A stretch of 62,552 bases of DNA, counting the filler, from Deltaproteobacteria bacterium (GTDB taxonomy: Bacteria > JAUYMQ01): NCBI GenBank assembly GCA_030698575.1. It is 10 parts of 10 records of this genome, joined end to end, with 100 filler letters (N's around TTAATTAATTAA, not from the genome) between each part and the next. Parts side by side here need not be neighbours in the genome. Positions count along the whole stretch, not along the records: positions 52,503 to 57,999 come from JAUYMQ010000018.1; positions 58,100 to 62,552 come from JAUYMQ010000032.1; 8 more parts are not named here. One strand, 5' to 3'. The notes under the pieces are model-generated. The model saw only the letters and a program-made list of their open reading frames with translations. It ran no database searches and was not told where the DNA came from. This document shows positions 56,706 through 62,552 of this stretch, one piece after another. A program made the translations under genes and the position numbers. Each line of letters opens with the position of its first letter. Within the stretch, counting starts at the first letter, position 1.

Positions 56706-57092
56706 ATGGTTCACATCTGGCCAATCCTCTGGGTCGGCGCCGGCGGATTCATCGGCTCGGTCCTTCGATACGCCCTCGCGGGCCTGGTCCACCGTCTGAT
56801 TCCCTTCGCCGCCTTTCCCTATGGCACCTTGGCCGTGAACGTGACCGGGTGCCTGGCAATCGGAATCCTGGGCGGGATCTCGGACGGCCGGCAGACGGTT
56901 GGCCCCGACCTGCGGCTCTTTCTTCTCATCGGGGTTCTGGGCGGCTTCACGACCTTCTCGACCTTCGGGCACGAGACCCTGGCCCTCGCGCGCGACGGTG
57001 AGTACCTGAAAGCATCCGCCAACGTCCTGCTCCAGGTGACGGTCGGTCTCACGGCCGTCTGGCTGGGTTATGGCGCCGGCCGGCTGCGGTGA
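56706..57092 (+). CDS. crcB: Fluoride efflux channel Fluc/CrcB
   Basis: GGFIGSVLRY, PYGTLAVN, GGFTTFSTF. Confidence 0.95.
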   Translation: MVHIWPILWVGAGGFIGSVLRYALAGLVHRLIPFAAFPYGTLAVNVTGCLAIGILGGISDGRQTVGPDLRLFLLIGVLGGFTTFSTFGHETLALARDGEYLKASANVLLQVTVGLTAVWLGYGAGRLR

Positions 57093-57099
57093 GGTAGCG

Positions 57100-57450
57100 A
57101 TGATTCTTCCACGCGACGGACATCTCCTGCGAATCTACATCGGCGAGAACGACCGGCACGAGAACCTGCCGCTCTACGAGTGGCTCGTCCGGAAGGCCCG
57201 GGAACACGGCCTGGCGGGAGCAACCGTGCTGCGGGGCCTCGAGGGGTACGGAGCGCACAGCCGCCTGCACACCGCGAAGATTCTGCGGCTTTCGAGCGAC
57301 CTGCCCATCCTGGTGGAGATTGTCGATACCCGGGAGCGGATCGAGACGTTCATTCCCGTCATCGACGCGGCGGTGAGCGAGGGGCTTGCGACGATCGAGA
57401 AGGTGGAAATTCGTTTCTACCGGAGCGGAAAGGACGGTGCGGCGCGCTGA
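57100..57450 (+). CDS. DUF190 (PII-like) protein
   Basis: LLRIYIGE, GATVLRG, LSSDLP; usual crcB partner. Confidence 0.9.
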   Translation: MILPRDGHLLRIYIGENDRHENLPLYEWLVRKAREHGLAGATVLRGLEGYGAHSRLHTAKILRLSSDLPILVEIVDTRERIETFIPVIDAAVSEGLATIEKVEIRFYRSGKDGAAR

Positions 57451-57631
57451 GTTAGCCGATGCCTCCCGAGGCCGGGTTGCTCCCCACAATCCACTTGAGG
57501 CCGGCTCGTTTCCGACGTATTGTCTCCAACAACCCCCCGAGAAACATGGCACGCCTGCGCATCGGCCCGCGTCCGCGCGTTTGCCGGCTGCGCCGCGCGA
57601 TGCGCGCCGGGGCCCGAGGAGGCCCGCTTCC

Positions 57632-57999
57632 GTGAAATTGCGCCCTACCGCCGTCGTTCCCGTTGCCGCCCTGTTCCTTCTTCTCGCCGCCGGGCGCCTG
57701 GCGCCGTCCCTGGCGGTAGAGGGCGACGACAAGGCCGCCACGCGGGCAATGATGCAGGGGATCTTCGCGTCCCTTCGCACCGCTTTCGTCGCCAGCCTGA
57801 ACGAGAAGCAGTACGAGTCACCCAAGCAGCTCAAGGAAATCCAGACGGCGCTGGAGTCGCTGGCGGCCAACGCCGGTTATCTGGAAGCGCACGGGCAGAA
57901 TCTGAACCCGAGCTACGACTTCCTCCGCCGGTCGCTCGCAGCTGACGTGCGGGAGGCGGCCCGGCGCTACAAGGAGGGGGAATTCGGAAGCTCCCGGTT
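57632..57999 (+). CDS. Exported helical protein, truncated
   Basis: GAGGAGG RBS, signal peptide. Confidence 0.55.
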
Positions 58000-58099
58000 N
58001 NNNNNNNNNNNNNNNNNNNNNNNNNNNNNNNNNNNNNNNNNNNTTAATTAATTAANNNNNNNNNNNNNNNNNNNNNNNNNNNNNNNNNNNNNNNNNNNN

Positions 58100-60473
58100 G
58101 ACGCTCGTGGTCGTTCCGAAGGGGCTGGTTGCCCAGTGGGTCGCCGAGATGCGCACCCACTTCGACGAGGACTTCCACCCCCTCACTCCCGGCGAGTTCG
58201 TCTCCTATCGGCGTCTCGATCCCGACGAGAACCTCTGGCGGCGCTACGACCAGGTCGTCTGCCCGCTGGACTCCGTCAAGCCCGTCGACGCGCGGCGGGG
58301 CTGGTCCAGGACGGACGTTGCGGCCCACAACCGTGAGCGCTTCGACGATCTGCTTGCGGCCGGCTGGGACTTGATCATCGTCGACGAGTCCCATCGTCTC
58401 GGCGGTAGCACCGACCAGGTCGCACGCTTCAGGTTGGGCGAGGGCCTGGCGGAAGCCTCACCGTACCTGCTCCTCCTGTCAGCCACTCCGCATCAAGGCA
58501 AGACCGATGCGTTTCATCGTCTCGTGTCGCTGCTCGACCACACGGCCTTTCCCGATCCCTCTTTCATCTCGCGCGAGCGGGTGCAGCCCTACGTGATCCG
58601 GACGGAGAAGCGCCGCGCCATCGACGCGGCCGGCGAGCCGCTCTTCCAACCTCGGCACACCCGGCTCCTCCCGGTCACCTGGGACGAGCGCCACGCTCGC
58701 CAGCGCGCCCTCTACGAGGCCGTGACCGAGTACGTCCGGGAAGGCTACGACAGGGCCCGCCGGGAGAAGCGCCAGCACATCGGCTTCTTGATGCTCCTCA
58801 TGCAGCGCCTCGTGACGTCGAGCACGCGCGCGATCCGGTCGGCGCTGGAGCGGCGCCTCGAAGTCCTCCAGACCCCGCCCGCTCAGCTCAGCCTCGACAC
58901 GGACCTCTCCGCCGACGAGTGGTCCGACATGGACGGCCAGGAGCAGGTCGACGCCGTTCTCGGCGCGGCCGTGAGTGCCCTGCGCAGCGAGCGGGCCGAA
59001 GTCGAGGCCCTGCTGGACGCCGCGAGAGCGTGCGAGGCTACAGGCCCGGACACGAAGGCAGAGACTCTCCTGGACCTGGTCTATCGCCTCCAGCAGGAAG
59101 AGGTCGATCCGGCGCTCAAGGTCCTGCTCTTCACCGAGTTCGTGGCGACGCAGGAGATGCTCCGTGCCCATCTCGAAGAGCGCGGGTTCTCCGTGGCCTG
59201 CCTCAACGGCTCGATGGACCTGGGCGAGCGTCAGGGTGCACAGGAGGCCTTTGCCGGGCCCGTGCGCGTCCTGATCTCCACCGACGCCGGCGGTGAGGGA
59301 CTCAATCTTCAGTTCTGTCATGTCGTCGTCAATTACGACATCCCGTGGAACCCCATGCGCCTTGAGCAGCGGATCGGCCGAGTCGATCGCATCGGCCAGC
59401 ACCATCCGGTGCGCGCCATCAACCTAGTGCTGGCAGACACCGTCGAGTACCGTGTCCGCGAGGTGCTGGAGGCCAAACTCGCGGTCATCCTCGAGGAGTT
59501 CGGGGCCGACAAGGCGGCCGACGTCCTCGACTCGGCAGAGGGGGGCGCGCTCTTCGAGCGCCTCTACGCCGAAGCGCTCCTGGACCCCTCCGAGATCACA
59601 GACAAGGTTGACTCTATAACGCGTCAGGTTCGCGACCAGGCTCGTGCCGTCCGCGAAGGCGCCGCGATGCTTGCCGAGGACACGCCCCTCGATCCGGGGC
59701 TCGCCCGGACGCTGGCCTCCCATCCCCTGCCGTACTGGATCGAGCGCATGACGACGGCCTACATCGCCGCGTTTGGGGGAGACGTCAAGCGCGACGGCGA
59801 CACCTATCATCTCCGGTGGCCAGACGGCACGGAGATGCGCCGGGCGCTGTTCGCACGGCGCGACATCGCGGAGCCAGGTGTGCAGACCCTGACGCTCGAG
59901 GATGCTGCGATACGGGGGCTCACGACCCGACTCCCGCGGTTCGTCCCAGGTCAGGCGGTGCCAACGCTTCGCTTGGACGATCTGTCGCCAGAGATCCTCG
60001 GCTGGTGGGCGCTCTGGCGGATCGGCGCCGTCGCCGAGGACTCGCAGCTCGCGCGGATCATGCCCCTCTTCCTCCACGAGGACGGCCGAGTCCTGATGCC
60101 AACGGCCCGTCACCTCTGGGACCAGCTCGTCAACGACTTGCCGATCGACGCTGCACCAGCGCCCGAATGCTCGGTCGAGAAGGTGCTCCCCGATATCCAG
60201 CGCGCCGCCGAAACGCACGGGCACCCGGTCTACGCGGCCCTCGCCCGCGAGCACCGAACGCGTATCGAGCGTGAGCGCAACAAGGCCGTGGCCGCCTTCG
60301 GGGCGAGACGGCGGGCCATTGAGCGCATCGGCCTTCCTGGCGTTCGCGCCCACCGCCTTCGCGAGCTTGACAGAGAAGAGCGAGCGTGGCGGGACACACT
60401 GGACCGACGCGCACGCGTCCAGCCCGAGTTGACGCCAATCCTGATCGTCCGTATCCACGGCGGAGCTCCGTGA
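58100..60473 (+). CDS. brxHII: SNF2-family helicase of type 3 BREX, 5'-truncated
   Basis: DESH, SATPHQG, STDAGGEGLNLQ, EQRIGRVDRIGQ; directly upstream of pglZ. Confidence 0.8.
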
Positions 60474-62491
60474 TGAGCAGGCGCAGGCCGAGCTGGCGCG
60501 ACCAGGTCCTGAAGGCGTTCACGCCCCAGGTATCCAGGCTCACGCTCGCCGCGGACCCCGACGGCCTCTTGCTTGAGGAGGGCGTTCTGACGGGCGTCCG
60601 TGAGCGAGGCTTCGACCTCATCCCGTTCGATGACCACATCGCCTTCAGGTACGCCTACGAGTCGAAGTACCGGGCGCGATGGGATCGGGGCGAGTCCACT
60701 GATCTCGTCGTCGTTCTACGAGCGCCGAGCGCCAATCTGGCCACGCTGCCGTACGATCTGCTGAGAGCTGGGCGCCGCCTCTCGTTCAGCCTCGCCGATC
60801 TCTTCCCGAGCCTCAGCTATCCAGTGATCGACTGCCTCGACCGGGGCGACCTCGACGCGCTGTGGCGAGCGCAGGCCGACGATCCCCCTGGCCAACTGGG
60901 TGACACCCAGACCAAGAGCTATGTGCTCCGCCACGTGTTCGAGATTCTCCCGGAGCAGCTCCGGCGCCCGGCAGACCTCCTCCGGGTCCTCCTGAGACGC
61001 CACTTCCGCAACCGGGTCGTGCCCGCGATCCTCGACGAGCACATCACCCGGATCCTCCGAAGCGACGGACGCTTCACCGACTGGCCGCTGGAGCGGATCG
61101 TGCCCGACCGGGTGGCCTTCTTCGCGTTCCTGCAGGAGAGATGGCCTGTCTTCCTCGCCGGCCAGGCCCCAGGCGAGACGGGGCGCACAGCGGAGCCAGC
61201 GTCCTCGTACGGGCTCCAGTTTTCCGGTCCCGCAAATCTCCCGTTCGACCATGACGACGTCCGGGTTTACATCGACAGCTTGTTCCTGGAGGGTCACCTC
61301 CGGCCCGTCGAGCATCCGCGAGCCACTGCGTGGGCCAAGACCTGGGCGGCCGTCGGCCTCCGGATTGACCCCATCGCCGACCGTGCGCGGAAGGCTGAGC
61401 ACCTCCTCACCAGCGCGACCGACTCGATTCCCGGCCCTGAGGCCCGGCATACGGACTGGCTCAGTTTCGCGCTCCGATGGGGGGAGCTGTTGGCGCTCCA
61501 CCACGCTGACGGCGCCGCCCTCGAGCCGAACTTGCTCAGCCAGTTCGCGACCACGCGGTCGAGGATCGATGAGGCCTTCACGGCGTGGGTCAACGGTCGC
61601 TACGGCAGCCTGCACAATCAACCTGCCGTGCCGCCCGTCATGGTGCACCATCTGCCGAGGCACCTCGCGCAGCTGATGACGGCCGGCCATGCGCGGAAGG
61701 TCGCCCTCGTGGTCATGGACGGACTCTCCCTCGATCAGTGGGTCACGATCCGCGAGAGCGCGCTCGCCGGCCTGCCGGAACTTCTCTGCCGCGAGAGCGC
61801 GCTCTTCGCCTGGGTTCCGACCCTGACTGCGGTTTCACGCCAAGCCCTCTTTGCCGGGAAGGTGCCTCTGTTCTTTGCCGCAAGCCTGTATACCACCGAC
61901 AAGGAGCCGAAGCTCTGGAGCCAGTTCTGGGCCGACCAGGGGCTGGCCTCGACGGCTGTCTCGTACGCGAAGGGCCTCGGTGATGGCCCCCTCGCCGACG
62001 TCGAGGATCTCACCGCCAATCCTGCCAACCGAGTCCTGGGACTCGTCGTCGACAAGGTCGATCGCATCATGCACGGCGTCGAGCTTGGCACGGCCGGCAT
62101 GCACGCCCAGGTGCGGTTGTGGGCACGCTCGGGCTATCTCGCCAGCTTGCTGGCGCTCCTCGTGGAGCGGAGCTACGAGGTTCACCTGACGTCGGATCAC
62201 GGCAACATCGAGGCGACAGGCATGGGGCGGCCCTCGGAGGGTGCCCTCGCCGAGGAACGCGGGGCCCGTGCCCGGGTCTACGCGAACAACCTCCTCCGCC
62301 GAGCCGTCAAGCAGCAGTTCTCACGCTCGATCGAATGGCCGTCCCTCGGACTCCCTGACGACTACTGCCCTCTGCTCGCTGAAGGGCGCGAGGCGTTCGT
62401 GCCGGTCGGCGAGTCGATCGTCGGCCATGGCAGCATCGCTCTCGAGGAAGTCATCGTCCCCTGGGTGCAGATCGGACCTCAGCGAGCATGA
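60473..62491 (+). CDS. pglZ: BREX-3 PglZ phosphatase-domain protein
   Basis: VMDGL, PTLTAVSRQALFAG, D...HG, TSDHG, HGSIALEEVIVP. Confidence 0.9.
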   Translation: MSRRRPSWRDQVLKAFTPQVSRLTLAADPDGLLLEEGVLTGVRERGFDLIPFDDHIAFRYAYESKYRARWDRGESTDLVVVLRAPSANLATLPYDLLRAGRRLSFSLADLFPSLSYPVIDCLDRGDLDALWRAQADDPPGQLGDTQTKSYVLRHVFEILPEQLRRPADLLRVLLRRHFRNRVVPAILDEHITRILRSDGRFTDWPLERIVPDRVAFFAFLQERWPVFLAGQAPGETGRTAEPASSYGLQFSGPANLPFDHDDVRVYIDSLFLEGHLRPVEHPRATAWAKTWAAVGLRIDPIADRARKAEHLLTSATDSIPGPEARHTDWLSFALRWGELLALHHADGAALEPNLLSQFATTRSRIDEAFTAWVNGRYGSLHNQPAVPPVMVHHLPRHLAQLMTAGHARKVALVVMDGLSLDQWVTIRESALAGLPELLCRESALFAWVPTLTAVSRQALFAGKVPLFFAASLYTTDKEPKLWSQFWADQGLASTAVSYAKGLGDGPLADVEDLTANPANRVLGLVVDKVDRIMHGVELGTAGMHAQVRLWARSGYLASLLALLVERSYEVHLTSDHGNIEATGMGRPSEGALAEERGARARVYANNLLRRAVKQQFSRSIEWPSLGLPDDYCPLLAEGREAFVPVGESIVGHGSIALEEVIVPWVQIGPQRA

Positions 62492-62552
62492 AACCCGGCG
62501 AGATCGGTTTCGACCGGCGGCTGCGGCGCGAGTGGCTCGATTTTGTCGCGGA
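62488..62552 (+). CDS. Start of probable BrxA-like gene
   Basis: MKPGEIGFDRRLRREWLD, ATGA coupled to pglZ; matches type 3 BREX gene order. Confidence 0.55.
   Translation, partial: MKPGEIGFDRRLRREWLDFVA

Noticed and set aside
56669..56706. Fluoride riboswitch before crcB
   Set aside because: Gap is only 36 nt and lacks the GGCGAUG...motif
12380..58099. Recurrent TTAATTAATTAA within N runs
   Set aside because: Artificial contig linker; ORFs ending in XXX-LIN are artefacts

Overview
The window is a concatenation of ten unrelated contig fragments joined by 100-bp N/TTAATTAATTAA linkers, so no synteny should be read across the linkers. Three fragments are phage: (1) 1-12379 a packaging/structural region with TerS, TerL, three homing-type endonucleases, repeat-rich virion proteins and the start of a probable portal; (3) 17702-21817 an alphaproteobacterial-style early region with a tyrosine integrase and a candidate attP; (5) 28145-31493 scaffold, P22-type coat, a Thr-repeat head-fibre-like protein and a GT-A glycosyltransferase. 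The others are high-GC bacterial chromosome (deltaproteobacteria/Myxococcota-like by gene content, an inference): a TetR-linked fabD-SDR-fabH-fabA-fabG cluster; tRNA-Arg/tRNA-Val, an ArnT-like GT and ppk2-Nramp-phosphoesterase; pccB-accC-BCCP-mcm; mutY end, acyl-CoA dehydrogenase, a DUF1704 peptidase-GshB-like ligase-NhaP operon; pyrF-proS-ispG, pabB/pabC; ino1, hisI-hisG, crcB; and the 3' half of a type 3 BREX locus. The most notable unannotated signals are an orphan sigma54-promoter-driven ~90-nt sRNA candidate (50482-50571), a possible phage virion O-glycosylation module (Thr-repeat head protein next to a glycosyltransferase), paired TetR operators, and structured leaders and packaging-site motifs in the phage contigs. 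All family calls come from motif recognition by eye; no database searches were run.
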